Made by a program: the position numbers and the translations under genes
In this document: positions 1 through 13,510 of the stretch, one piece after another
Numbering within the stretch: the stretch's first letter is position 1
Layout of the letters: every line of letters begins with the position of its first letter
Notes under the pieces: generated by a model
The model's database searches: none
Seen by the model: the letters and a program-made list of their open reading frames with translations, nothing else
Told to the model about the DNA's origin: nothing
Source: Macrostomum lignano
Lineage: Eukaryota
Assembly (NCBI GenBank): GCA_002269645.1
Contig: NIVC01003515.1
Location: 1 to 64,000 of the forward strand
Direction of reading: 5' to 3'
Length of the DNA: 64,000 nt

Positions 1-946
1 GACGAATAAATCTCTGTACACTGTAATTTTAAATTATGCATTTACATTTTAAGAGAAGAAAATGTTTTCAAAAGCTAGAATATACTCATAACAATTATTA
101 TTCTCAATTCACAGTCTCAGAACGGATAAGTCATGCAAAAAACAGAATAATGCAGACTTGATAAAAGTTATACTATAAGACAGCCCTTCAACAGTTTTAT
201 TAGTACCTCGAACGAATAGAATCAGGCTACTAACAGTAGCGCCAATGAATATTACGCTATTTTACGGATTTTAAAGTTTAGGGATCGTGAACTGGGGTGA
301 TATAAGTGAATGTGAATACCTTTCAGATAAAAGTACATATCAAATACTAAAGTAGTCTCTGGTCTGTTATCTGTCATATAACAGAATTCACTTCAGCTGT
401 TATAGACTTTAAAGCAAGGAAGAATGCTAGTAGTGTAATAATTCTACTGATTTTTAGTTTAAAGACAGATTTGGGTCAATTTGAAAATTACATGTAAAAA
501 AATTGGGGATTCACATTCACTGGAGCAGGCATTGCCATAAAAGTACATTCGACCATAGACATAGAAGCCAATCAAGAGGAAGTCAAGACTGCGAGAGGTT
601 GCTGCGGAAAATTCTGTATTCGAATCAAGTTCTGTGGCTTAAATGATTCGATTTTAAATTGATCTGTGTTGTGCGGTGTTTAAATAAAAAACAAGTACTT
701 TTACTAGTAGTATAGTGAAGATATTCGTTTTTTTTTTACGAAAATTTTTTCTTATATTTCTACTCTCAGTAAAGTATCAGATAAAATAATAATTTATTTA
801 TTTCATACGAGCAATTACCTACTATTCTAGGTATAATAATAATTTTTATCTCTTAATTTATCGAAGGTACTGGACCGGCTGAATTTAATCTATAGTAATA
901 GTGTAGTTCAATTATAGAGATTCTCAAAACACTTGCTAAAACAGTA

Positions 947-1516
947 TTAAAAATAGAGTATATCCGACGGCTTGTGATGGCTGGCCGATTTTAATGCCGC
1001 ATTGCTGTTATTAGCAGCAGTGGCAGTAGGGCCGGTAGAATGGCCCATAACATGAGGAGCAAGCGGTGGCAGCGGCTGCTGCGGTTGCTGATGCAGGCCA
1101 CTGCCCGACTGACTGCAGGGAGCCGCATTAGTATTATTACTACTATTGCTACTACTATTGATGTTATTATTATTAGTCGGAGTCGAAGCCGGCTGATGAT
1201 CGGGATTAGCCCGCAGGTGCCGCCGCATGTGCCAATTAGAAGCAACCCTCAGGCCGCAGGTGAGACACGGAAATGGCTTATTACCAGTATGGATCAATAA
1301 ATGTCGTTTTAAGCCTTTGTCCTCGGCGAAATCTTTCGGGCATTGCGGGCAACGATAAGGCCGACCACTGGATGGTGAATCGGAGCTTCTGGCCGTGGTC
1401 ATAACTCTCGTATCCAAGCTGAACCGGGCTTTGCTATTGTTGCCGCTGCGTTTCTGCTTGGAAACAGCGGCCGGCGGCTGCAGGCTGCCCAAGCCGACCG
1501 TGTTGGGATAAGCGGA
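947..1516 (-). CDS. C2H2 zinc-finger protein, terminal coding exon (5' structure uncertain)
   Basis: ORF contains YRCPQCPKDFAEDKGLKRHLLIH-TGNKPF-PCLTCG...HMRRHLRANPDH (two fingers, TGxKP linker) plus Asn/Ser/Gln low-complexity tail; stop TAA 947-949. An in-frame TGA at 1532-1534 limits the exon; candidate acceptor ttccAG at 1517-1519; first ATG at 1402. Confidence 0.8.
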   Translation of the reverse strand, partial: SAYPNTVGLGSLQPPAAVSKQKRSGNNSKARFSLDTRVMTTARSSDSPSSGRPYRCPQCPKDFAEDKGLKRHLLIHTGNKPFPCLTCGLRVASNWHMRRHLRANPDHQPASTPTNNNNINSSSNSSNNTNAAPCSQSGSGLHQQPQQPLPPLAPHVMGHSTGPTATAANNSNAALKSASHHKPSDILYF

Positions 1517-3719
1517 CTGGAATGGCGCGTTTCAATTGCTGTATAAATATGTCACGCTAAAATCAAACTACTCTACTTTCAGTAGGAAGTAGTGAAGATA
1601 CTAAAGCAATTACTGCGAGCTAGTATAAAATCGATATAACTAGTTGAAAACTGACTAATAACTAAATCGAACTGCGACTTTGATGCTTCGATACAATGCT
1701 CTCATGCTAGCAGCCTAAGCTTAATACTAAGTGTAGTCAGATAAAATTGGGGCTAAATTGGAATATTGGCTAGGCCCTAGGGTTTATAATCTCTTCATTT
1801 TTGCTCTTAAGTCTAATAATAAATAAGGTTAGGGTCATTGTATACTTCCCTTATGAGTGTGTGTCTACTCAAAAAAGTCAGTGGAATAGGCAATATTGAA
1901 TTTCAGTACTTAGTAGTATAACTATACTACTACACCAATATAGAATAAGACTACTACAAGTATAGAATAAGAATACTACTAATATAGAATAGGAATACTA
2001 CTAGTAAGAAGTAAGAAATACTCAGATATGTATTTAGACTTATATTTAGAATGATTCTTAGACCTACATATAGACCTATACTCAGATCTATTCTAAGACT
2101 TTCCTAAAAATTCTATTCTAAGACTTATGCTCAGAGGTTAATTATAGTCTAATAAAACTTGGTGACAAGACAACAGTAATATTAGCAAATTGAATTTACA
2201 AGAGACAGGGGAACCATCTAGGATAACTTTGGTGGCTTAGCAGCAGAATATCTATAAAAGACAAGGGAAAGCCTTATAACAACTTTGGTGGCAGTGGCTA
2301 AGGCTAAGATTCAAAATTAGTAAAACAAAACCTTATAACAACCATGAATGCGCAATATTGGGAATCACCTGGCTGTTTCTATTGGCAACATGCACATGCA
2401 AGTTGCAAGTTGCTATTGGCTGAGAGTAGCCATGTGACTATTCTATCCAATAGTGACTTATGTGTTTGTGTGTGTGTGTTGCTATTAAAAATGGCAGAAT
2501 GAATCCCTAGGTTGCACCCAAGCATGATAACAACATGATAGAATTAATAAAACATGTTTGAATTTATTAGAAACAAAGAAAACCTTATTCATAGCTTTGA
2601 TAATTGTGGTAGGATTGATATGGCACTATTACAAATTTAGTATCAGCAATCAAATATATAAACAAAAGAGAAAACTGAAAACCTCTGGGACAACTTTGGT
2701 GTCAGCTTTTAAGGCAGAAGCATACCTTCATCACAGAAAAATTAACAAGTTTCAACAGATAGATAGTTAATTATCAAGTAGTGAAGCTAGTAAAAAGTCT
2801 TATAGATAAAAAAGCAATACTAAACAATGGTTATAAGTGCAAATAAGTAGCTAGCAATGGTTTTAATAGTGTAGTAAAACAACTAATTTGTATGACTGCT
2901 TAAGTTAAAAGTTATTATTCTACTGCTTTTGCTCTTTATTGACTTACTATTGATTAGTCAACCTACCCAAGCTAATACTAATAGTCAGATTTTGTGCCAG
3001 AAAAAATCTTTCAAGCTATATCATTCCAAACCCATTAAAATTGCAAATTTCAAGAAAATAATTATGTGAAATTAAGATTGTTTAAGAGGGATAAGCAATG
3101 CCAATTAAAAAATTGGTTAGCATTATAAACTAAGAGTATACATCTATAGCCTATAGACTTAGATATATTTATCTATATAATAAAAAGCTAGTTGATATTT
3201 GGCATACTTTTGTATTTAGTTGTGCTAAAGATTAATAGATTGAAAACACCTTGTGACTAAACAAAAATTTTTTTATTAAACTTAATCTTTACATATGAAA
3301 ATCATAACTATATAAACAGTGTTAGTATTATTTTTATTATAGTAACCATAGTCTATATATAAAAATTTAAAAGAGAAAACAATATTCTCTTCAGAAGATC
3401 TTTTATTATATCATAGAGTTAACATTTTATTATATAGGCTAAGCTAAGGTTTATGACAATAATAATAGAGGGTTTATTAGAAGTTAGAGTGTAAGGCAAT
3501 GAATGGCCTTTGATACAAGTGGCAATAGCATCATTGCTTAAAATTTCAACATACTTATTCTTTTTTCTTATGCATAATTTATGTATGCTTTTGTGAATTT
3601 TTATTTGTCAATACTAATTAGAAGGTTTAAGAGCCTAAGGCTATAGACTTAGCCACTATATACTCTTAATATTAATAACTCCCAATAGCAACTTTTATAT
3701 AGACCTATTGCCTAGGCCT

Positions 3720-4420
3720 AACACACTCCACTTGGACAGTCAAGCAGCAATCTAAGCCCTTACGCCTTAAGCGCATTATCACCTGCTTGTGAATAGTCCT
3801 TGACTATATTGGGTAGCTCAATCACTTAGGTGCCTCTAACAAGGTGTCTCTAAAGTAGACCCCTGGGCACTTAGGCCACCCCAGCAACAAGCTGGCTGAT
3901 TGCCTAGCTAAGGCTAGCTCGAATAGTACTTTTACTAGTCCCTTGCCTATGGCCCCTACCTTTATCGCCATTGTCATCACTTGGATCAACAAATGGGTAG
4001 CTTTTAAACATAAGGAGAGGTAGGCTAGGCCTAATGCCCCCAACTGCCAGCAATCTTGCATGGTTGTCCCTTAAACTTTTTTTGTCCTGTGCAGGGCCTT
4101 GCTTCGACTCAATTGCAGGGACATCAAGGCAGTAACTATGACCTTCTCAGGTCATGGCTATTTTGCTAGACATTGTCACCTTGTCACTTGGTCGCATTGT
4201 CACAATAAAGAATGCCCATTTTGCCTCTTTGGTGTCAAGAATATAGAGCATTTTATCTGTGAATATCCCACTTTTACTTAGGATAGGCTCACCTACCTTG
4301 GCCCAAACCTAAACCCAGACCTATAACATTTTTTAGGCCTAAGAATCTCTGTTAACTTATCTGCTATCTAAGGGCTACTACTACTAGGCCTAGGCCAGTG
4401 ACAATCTACCTCCTGGACTC
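3720..4420 (+). mobile_element. Heavily decayed 3' fragment of an RNase H-containing non-LTR retrotransposon (I/R1/LOA-type)
   Basis: DSQAAI*AL (3735-3761) and KVSLK*TPGHLGHPSNKLADCLAKAS (3841-3918) match the RNase H motifs DSQAAI.AL and V.L.W.PGH.G..GNE.AD.LAK.G; FSGHGYF...CPFC...KNIEHFICEYP (4144-4270) matches the ORF2 C-terminal zinc knuckle. Several stops and a frameshift. Confidence 0.8.
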
Positions 4421-6536
4421 TCCAAATGGAGGGGTACTGCACTGTGGACACTGGTACTATCAGAACTCCCTGCACTGCACCTATGTGACATTGCAGCATT
4501 AGCTGCTGATGATTGCTAGGGCTAGGGGTTAGCAAAATGGCAGCAATGCCTCCTTGCTATTTCTAGATGCACAGAGCCCCCTGCAGCTAAGTCAAAGTAA
4601 GTAGGCCTAACACAATTAGAAAGTAACTCTAACTAAGGCCTAAGGCCTAGCCTAGGTAGGAAAAATGGCCTAATGGTAATGCTGTCTTACTTTTAGTTGA
4701 TACTTAGGCCCCCCTATAATTGTAGACCTATGCTATGCCTACACTGTAAAGTCTTAGCTTAAGCCTAATTTATTTCAAATTTAATATTAATTAGGCTTAA
4801 TATAGTAGTCCTTGATTGAATAAACTATGTTATAATATTATGTACATAGATATTACTTTCTAGAGGTCGTGGTCCATTAGACCTGGGTCCATTCTGTTAA
4901 TGTAATTAATAAAGATATAAAGATTACATACGGTTACATTACATAAACTTAAAGTGCATCACCTTACAAACATGGTGCATCATCTAATCGTCTTTCAAGT
5001 AACTTTATTATTCGACAACTACAAGGTTTTTATCTGGCTACCTGAAATTTTTCTTTTAAATGTTTCCGGCATTTTAAAGTTGCGTATTTAAACCTTAACA
5101 AATTTATTACCATATACAATAACTAACCATACTGTTACCACGTCAATTTCATTTATTTGTCATCAAAAAGTGTTTATACTTGTATTCTTGTACAGGAACA
5201 ACAAATTATTCTTCTGTGAAAATCATATTGTTTACATCGATACACGAAATTGATGACATTTGACACGCATGAATCATTATTTTAACTGCCTTTTTAACTG
5301 TGCCATGTTATAGCGATAGTCGAAATCAATCCTGTTAATCTTTAGAAAGACAGGTCTCTTTAAATTAAGATGTTATTGATAAAAAAGCATTGATCTCTAA
5401 CTTTACTTTAATTTACTTTAAGCAGCTAAAGTATAATTTTATTGTTTTTCGGGTGCACAATCTTTATTTTGAAAACTTTATTCTGAATTCTAAAAGCATG
5501 AGTTAGCTTTTGAAATTTATTAAATGTGGTTGTTCAATTTTTATTAATATCTACATAAGGCGTTGTTGATCTTAGTTCTATATTTTCCCAATCGTTTGGC
5601 ATTAAAATTTGTAATTTAATCCAGAACTGAATGAAAATAATCGTAAGAATAAATTATACGCTTTACGTAGTCTGAAAAATTAAATTATTAGCTGTAATAA
5701 GAAGTCATTCAGTATCGTGCTATATTATAGCTTTTTTAAAACTAAGTTGCTATTGACGTCTTGCAGTAGTTAATGCATGGATCAGAATATATAAAAAATG
5801 GGCAGTACGTTAATCTGGTCATATATGCACCAGCTTGTTTAAAGAATTCAAAGAACCAAACTAGTATTTTAAAAACTTTCAGCCAAAAGTTTAGCGTAGA
5901 GAATGACCATCAAGCAGTAACCTAGTTTTCAGTGCTTTTTACTGAGCCTCTATAAAGTTTGACCTGGTATATTAGTTGGTTATCTCATCGCTTATTCAAT
6001 ACAGGCTAAAACACAGAAGTAAATTGGGACTCACAAAACCTACTCGATAAAGTCAAGTCTGTTTACACAGCTGCCTTCCAGCATCTTGGTCCTTCATTTT
6101 TTCATGCCTATTCCCACTTAAACAACAGTAATAAGCAGCTAGGGCGACCCCTTCCACTTGTGCTTGTGTTTACCACCCCAGCCTGTCCGCAGTTCGAAGC
6201 TTAATCTCATCCCGAGATCTGCCGCATGCCGGCCAAGCGAATGAGTGCACAGGATTGAAATGGTTTTGAAAAGTTGGAATTTTACCTGCTGCGCATTTAA
6301 CTGAAGAATTTAGCTGTAAAAAAGTTATTTGCTTCCTTGAGTGTTATTGCGTAATAACCTTAGCAGCTTGGGAGCTTGTGTTCGATTAGAGTTTACCTAT
6401 TACGATGCAATATTTTGGACCCCTTGAAGAGATTCTTCATCCTTATTTAGCCATTCTTTCGATTACAAAACATCAAGGACATCTAAACAACCAAACAGAC
6501 AGAAAATTTTTGACCCGTAGGTTCTAAAAACTGACA

Positions 6537-7541
<1,005 letters not shown>

Positions 7542-8321
7542 CAATTAAAAATTGCACAATTAATAATGCAGAATCAATTTCTGCACAAAACTTGACCAGC
7601 TAGGCGGGCTCACGGAGGCGCAAGTCAGGGCAGCCTTGCAGAACCAATGAGGCGCGGACACGATCTAAGGAGCAATGCAAAGAGAGAGTGGGCCACGCAG
7701 AAGCAGTTTAGAGGTGAGCGATTTAGAAGCCTACAATATATTTTTTCTCTACAAATGCCTTTCAATTTGCGGGCCTTGACGTGACTCAGTGCCAGCGCAG
7801 ATTTCTGGCCCTGCAAGCTGGCGGCCAAGCCGGCCTTAATCCCCACAATAACCCTCCTCCCCTTCGTCCAGCCTTCCGGCCGCCCAAAATGGGATTTCGT
7901 GCGCGCTTCCAGCTGGGGGGAGGAGGTTGAGGAGGGACAGCCGAGTGAATCACCCGAGGCCTGCGCTTCTGCGCCACGCGCTGTAGCCTCCAATCCAATC
8001 CCCCCCCCTCCAGACCAATATATCCCCACACAGCTAAGCTAATCCCAAATCCCCAACACGAAATCTCCTCCAGTCTGCCTGTTTCCCCACACCCGACACT
8101 AAAACTCAATTCTGCACGCTTTCCAAGTCCGCTTGACTTCACCAAAACGCTAAGATTTTTGTTGCTGCTCAGTAGCTCCCTCCTCAGGTTTCCCACGCGC
8201 CCTCCCGGTGTGCTAAAAAATCCCCAAAATTCCCCACAGTCAAAGCTCTTTCTTTATAAGCTGCTCGGGACCACCGACCAGACCCTAAAGCGGCACAGAG
8301 AAATCCCACGAGTCCTCCCGA

Positions 8322-8403
8322 TATAAAAATGGGCAATCAGGACTTTCCTATAATTGGATAGATTGTGCTGCTGCTGCTGCGGAGCCGCCAATATCTGGTA
8401 AGT
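8322..8403 (+). promoter_or_regulatory. Candidate TATA box followed by a short non-coding exon and GTAAGT donor
   Basis: TATAAAA at 8322-8328 and CTG|GTAAGT at 8398-8403; motif match only, no transcript evidence. Confidence 0.25.
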
Positions 8404-8906
8404 CACACACACACAGACGCACACACCATAGCAAAGTCTCCTCTCAGAAATCTCGTAACTTACATTTTCGAACCAAGGTATAAAAAGCGATCGCGTGAAA
8501 AAGAAGCTGTACACTCTGCAGAAGATTGAGCATTAAGCCCCCCCCCCCTCCTCCTCCCTACTTGATCCGATCGTCCTGGTCACGCCCAAATATCCCCATT
8601 GCCAGCTCCCACTGCTGGCAGCCTCGCATGCGTGGAGCAATGCCTCCGGGGTGGGGCGGGCGGCCATGCAGTCAGTCAGTCCAGTCACTTACCCCCAGCT
8701 ATAGTCAAGGCTTAGCCAGGACCTAAAATCAATACCGCATTACTGGCGTCCCGTTCCTCACGGAGGAGCCGGCCAGATAGCTAGCTCTTTCTCTGCCCCT
8801 ATACTCTGCCTGGAGGGACAGAATAAGCCAAGGGCTTGTGGCTCAGGGGGGGGGGTTTCTATGGCTACCTCTGACGGCACTCCGGTCCCCTGTGCTCAGC
8901 CTGTGC

Positions 8907-8962
<56 letters not shown>

Positions 8963-10601
8963 GTTTGCAAGGCAGAAATTCCGCTTGCTGCTGCCGCTGC
9001 CACCGCCCTCCTTCACCCCAACCCTACGATATTATTCTCTCTATTGTGCATTTCTCCCCTTTCCCGATTCCCCCCGGGAGCCTCCCACCTCAACCCAGTC
9101 TTCCTATAACCCGTTTCCTCAGCATACTCAATCGAAATTGCAGCAACAGCAGTCTCCTCTCCTCCGGTATATAGCGGTGCGTATTTCTCACGGACTACGA
9201 AGAAATCCCGGTCTACAGCACAGCTTCCGCTTGCCATAATTATTATTCCTATTTCGCTTTCTTCCCCTTGGCTGATTCGGATAACAAGACCCCTGCTAGC
9301 TCGTTCCGTATTGAGTGGCTAGAGGATACGGCTTGAGACAGCCGATGTGTGCGGCAAGCGATTTTACTAATAGGCCATGCAGGCACCGTCTGCTTATTGA
9401 TCGGTGCAAGTGGACTGTCCTGTAGTTGCTATGGGCGACAAGTTAGTTCTCAGTACACGACCTGAGCAGCTGAGTGCCACACTTTTCATTTGTCCTCTCA
9501 CCAAGCCACCCTCCCGCATCCCCAGAAATAACCCGAAGGCCTCATCAGGTAGGAGAAGAATTGGCAAGCGCCGGGCCCTCACCAAGACTTACCTCGAGAT
9601 TCCATCGGGAACCGCGAGCGATAGCCTTGTGTGGTTGTTGGCCCAGTGGTCCTCTACCGGGAAAACTTTCTGTCCCTCTTTTTCTTTCTTTCTTCTCTTT
9701 CCTCCCGGCTTCCAGCGGCCAAGTCGATGAAGGGAGCAGAGGAGAGTTAGAGGCTGGCTTAGCCAGTGTGCGTGGCTATCCAGCTTAACCATCGCTACGA
9801 AATCCGCGTCCCCTTATCCCAGCATCAGCTTACCATAATCTCGTCCCCATCAGGTCCCGGGCGGATGCTGTGGACGGGAGAGAGACTCCTCTCTTCCCCT
9901 TTCCTCTCTCCCCCCGTCCTGTCTCTCTCCCCTCTTCCCTCGCTCCCATCCCTACTTATTTTATTATAGAACCATCCCGGCCCCGCCGAGTGCCCGAAAG
10001 CGCTCGCGAAGAGAGAAGCTGAGGCGAGCCGCGGCACATCCACATGCATCAACTTGATGGTAAGTAATTATTCTTCACTGCTATTAAACTCTACACCTAA
10101 TCTCTACCATGCAGACTCCACAAAAAACTTTCTAATTCATGTTGGTCCGCAAATATTGGAAAAGCCTGACAATTTTTGTTGCTGGACTGCGCCAGAGCAG
10201 CATCGGCAGCCGAGTGCTTGTCGCATTGTCAGTGCATGCTGCTCCATCTAGCACCAAAAGATGTCAGGATTAACCGGACCTAAAGCTGCCCGATATCAAC
10301 CCAGATTTGCATAATTGTAATTGCTAACAGGCTGGCGTGTGCCTGGCATAGACTGGTGACTCACAGATTATAATATATAATCATCTCTATGCAAGCTGAA
10401 GCACCAAGTCTATATCAGGAATACCGTCTGTAAACTCTTCTGCCGATTTCCACTGTGTTAATTTATATTCAATATCAGTTTATGTGTCTATTTTTTTAAA
10501 TAAAACGATACCGCATTAAAGCACAGCGCATTGTTAAGCGCAAACAAATAGGTGGGAAACTTTGACGTTTCAATTTTTGTTTTATTTTCTCTGATTGATT
10601 T

Positions 10602-10700
10602 GGGCCGCAGACCAGTGGTTCGGCGCGGCGCTCGATTCCCAGTGCAGTCGCATTAATTTGTGGCTAAATTGGAATCTCGGCTTGGCTCCGCTCGTGCAGA
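10602..10700 (+). mobile_element. tRNA-derived SINE family B, copy with shortened head
   Basis: ctcgattcccagtg...attaatttgtggctaaattggaatctcggcttgg...gctcgtgcag closely matches the reverse complement of 28796-28870; B-box-like CTCGATTCC. Confidence 0.7.
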
Positions 10701-11652
10701 TAGGGGCGTGAGTTTGTGCCTGTGGGCATGACTGCGTACGTGTCCGCACGCTTGTGTGCCTGCTCAGGGGAGTCGGCGGAATTGGCAGCAATGCCTCTCG
10801 CCGGTTGTGCGACAATATGATGAGGGAATCCTGACAGATGGACGGGACAGCTCCAGACCTCGCACTTGAAAAGAGAAACCAGCCGCTGCTGCTGTTGCCC
10901 GGCCCAGGAGCATCTCTGCTCTGTCTACTAGGAGCATCAGGAGCTGCAGCAGCTGATTGCTGCTCACACAGGCCTCCAAAAGCAGCTACATGAGTTTCAG
11001 AGGAGGAAAGTGGTCGATTCAACTCGAGCTGACTATCCTCTCTCCCCAGCTCATGGGTATCAGGAGTGAGTGCCCTCTGCTCAGGAGGGATGAGTACTGT
11101 ATACACAAACCCCGCAACGACAAACTAGATGGATGATGGAGGGGACGAAGAGAGCATTAGCTGTTTGCTTTGCTCCCACAAAGCTTTCCCCTAGCGATTC
11201 TCCATGCCCGCTTCGTCCTTCATCCCGTCGCCTTTTACATACTCAATCTCGAGGATCGTATTCTCGCGAGAAGTCAGGCATTTCTCTCTCCCGTCCTCTC
11301 CTCCTAGACCTTCCAGCTCCCTCCCCCCCCACTCTGTTCCAGTCATACCCTTCTCGACTTTTCAGCAGGGGCCGACAAAAGAGGAACGCCTGGGTCTGCG
11401 CGCCCCCTGCCTCAGTGGGGCCTCAGGGATCGCCTTGTTGGCATGTGGGCTAAAAATAAATCAAGTCAGCAGTAGGCCTGGCATGCCTTCCCCCTCTCCC
11501 CCCGCTTTCCCCTCTCTCTCTCTCTCTCACTATGGCCCGCAGCCAGCCGGATGCGCAATCCCTCCTCTCCGCCAGCACTGCTGGCACTGCGACACTGCTG
11601 CCTGCTGGGGCCGAGGAGACCGACTTAACTAGAATTTGGTGTGCCGGGTTCT

Positions 11653-12003
11653 AAGGGGCGCCAGCAGCAAGGGGCGCCAGCAGCAAGGGGCGCCAGCACC
11701 AAGGAGCGCCAGCACCAAGGGGCGCCAGCACCAAGGGGCGCCAGCACCAAGGGGCGCCAGCACCAAGGGGCGCCAGCACCAAGGGGTGCCAGCACCAAGG
11801 GGCGCCAGCACCAAGGGGCGCCAGCACCAAGGGGCGCCAGTACCAAAGGGCGCCAGCACCAAGGGGCGCCAGCACCAAGGGGCGCCAGCACCAAGGGGCG
11901 CCAGCACCAAGGGGCGCCAGCACCAAGGGGCGCCAGCACCAAGGGGTGCCAGCACCAAGGGGTGCCAGCACCAAGGGGCGCCAGCACCAAGGGGCGCCAG
12001 CAT
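11653..12003. repeat. 16-bp minisatellite (AAGGGGCGCCAGCACC)n, ~22 copies
   Basis: Directly visible; explains five overlapping spurious ORFs. Confidence 0.97.
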
Positions 12004-12559
12004 TAACTAAGAGTTTACTAAAATTGGGCAATTTTTCTTAGAATCGTTGCCTTATTTCGGATTTTAAGTCAAGCGCGATCTCTTTAGTCGGCTCGAGTAC
12101 TGGGATCAGGGGATGGGAAGTCAGGGGGAGAGGGAGAAGACCGTTGACACAAGGGTTATAGGGTTATTGGCCAGGGTGTGGGGGCAGGCCGTCTAGGCTG
12201 TAACTAATGCACAAGCCTGCCGGGGGGTGGCCTAACGATATCGCGGGCAGACTAAAGCGGATAAAGGATTAGTCACACGTCCGAAGCGTGCCCAGCCATA
12301 TCGAAGCGTTGCTTTTCTTCCCTTCAAACCGCTCCTTTTTCATTTATCCCAGCCTGCGCCTAAGGGATGTTCGGACAGGGCATACAAAGGATGCAAAGGC
12401 GAAAGCATCTTAAAGTGCGCTTGTTGGGGACTCTCTAATGGAAACGGAACTGGATTGGAAGACCAAATTTTCACTATTAAGGAAGAATAGCATTTTTTAC
12501 TCTAAACCAGAGGACCAGAAAATTTAATTCAAAGACTTTAGGATGAGTTGGAAAGCTGG

Positions 12560-13510
12560 GAGAGAGGCAGAGAGGGAGAGAGGCAGAGAGGGAGAGAGGC
12601 AGAGAGGGAGAGAGGCAGAGAGGGAGAGAGGCAGAGAGGGAGAGAGGGAGAGAGGGAGAGAAGGAGAGAGGGAGAGAGGGTAAGAGGGAGAGAGGGAGAG
12701 AGGGAGAGAGAGGCAGAGAGGGAGAGAGGCAGAGAGGGAGAGAGGCAGAGAGGCAGAGAGGGAGAGAGGCAGAGAGGGAGAGAGGCAGAGAGGGAGAGAG
12801 GCAGAGAGGGAGAGAAGGAGAGAGGGAGAGAGGGAGAGAGGGAGAGAGGGAGAGAGGCAGATAGGCAGAGAGGGAGAGAGGGTAAGAGGGAGAGAGGCAG
12901 AGAGGGAGAGAGGGTAAGAGGGAGAGAGGCAGAGAGGGAGAGAGGCAGAGAGGGAGAGAGGGAGAGAGGCAGAGAGGGAGAGAGGGAGAGAGGGTAAGAG
13001 GGAGAGAGGCAGAGAGGCAGAGAGGGAGAGAGGGAGAGAGGGTAAGAGGGAGAGAGGGTAAGAGGGAGAGAGGGTAAGAGGGAGAGAGGGAGAGAGGGAG
13101 AGAAGGTAAGAGGGAGAGAGAGAGGCAGAGAGGGAGAGAGGGAGAGAGGGAGAGAGGTAAGAGGGAGAGAGAGAGGCAGAGAGGCAGAGAGGGAGAGAGG
13201 GAGAGAGGGAGAGGAGAGAGGGAGAGAGGCAGAGAGGCAGAGAGGGAGAGAGGGAGAGAGGAGAGAGGAGAGAGGGAGAGAGGCAGAGAGGGAGAGAGGG
13301 AGAGGCAGAGAGGCAGAGGGAGAGAGGGAGAGAGGGAGAGAAGGAGAGAGGGAGAGAGGGTAAGAGGGAGAGAGGGAGAGAGGGAGAGAGAGGCAGAGAG
13401 GGAGAGAGGCAGAGAGGGAGAGAGGGAGAGAGGGAGAGAGAGAGGGAGAGAGGGAGCGGGAGAGAGGGAGAGAAGCAGAGAAGGAGAGAGGGAGAGAGGG
13501 AGAGGGAGAG
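12560..13510. repeat. Purine-rich 8-bp satellite (GAGGGAGA/GAGGCAGA)n
   Basis: Directly visible. Confidence 0.97.

Noticed and set aside
10582-11106. 174-aa minus-strand ORF
   Set aside because: No domain similarity recognised, and its last third is SINE sequence.
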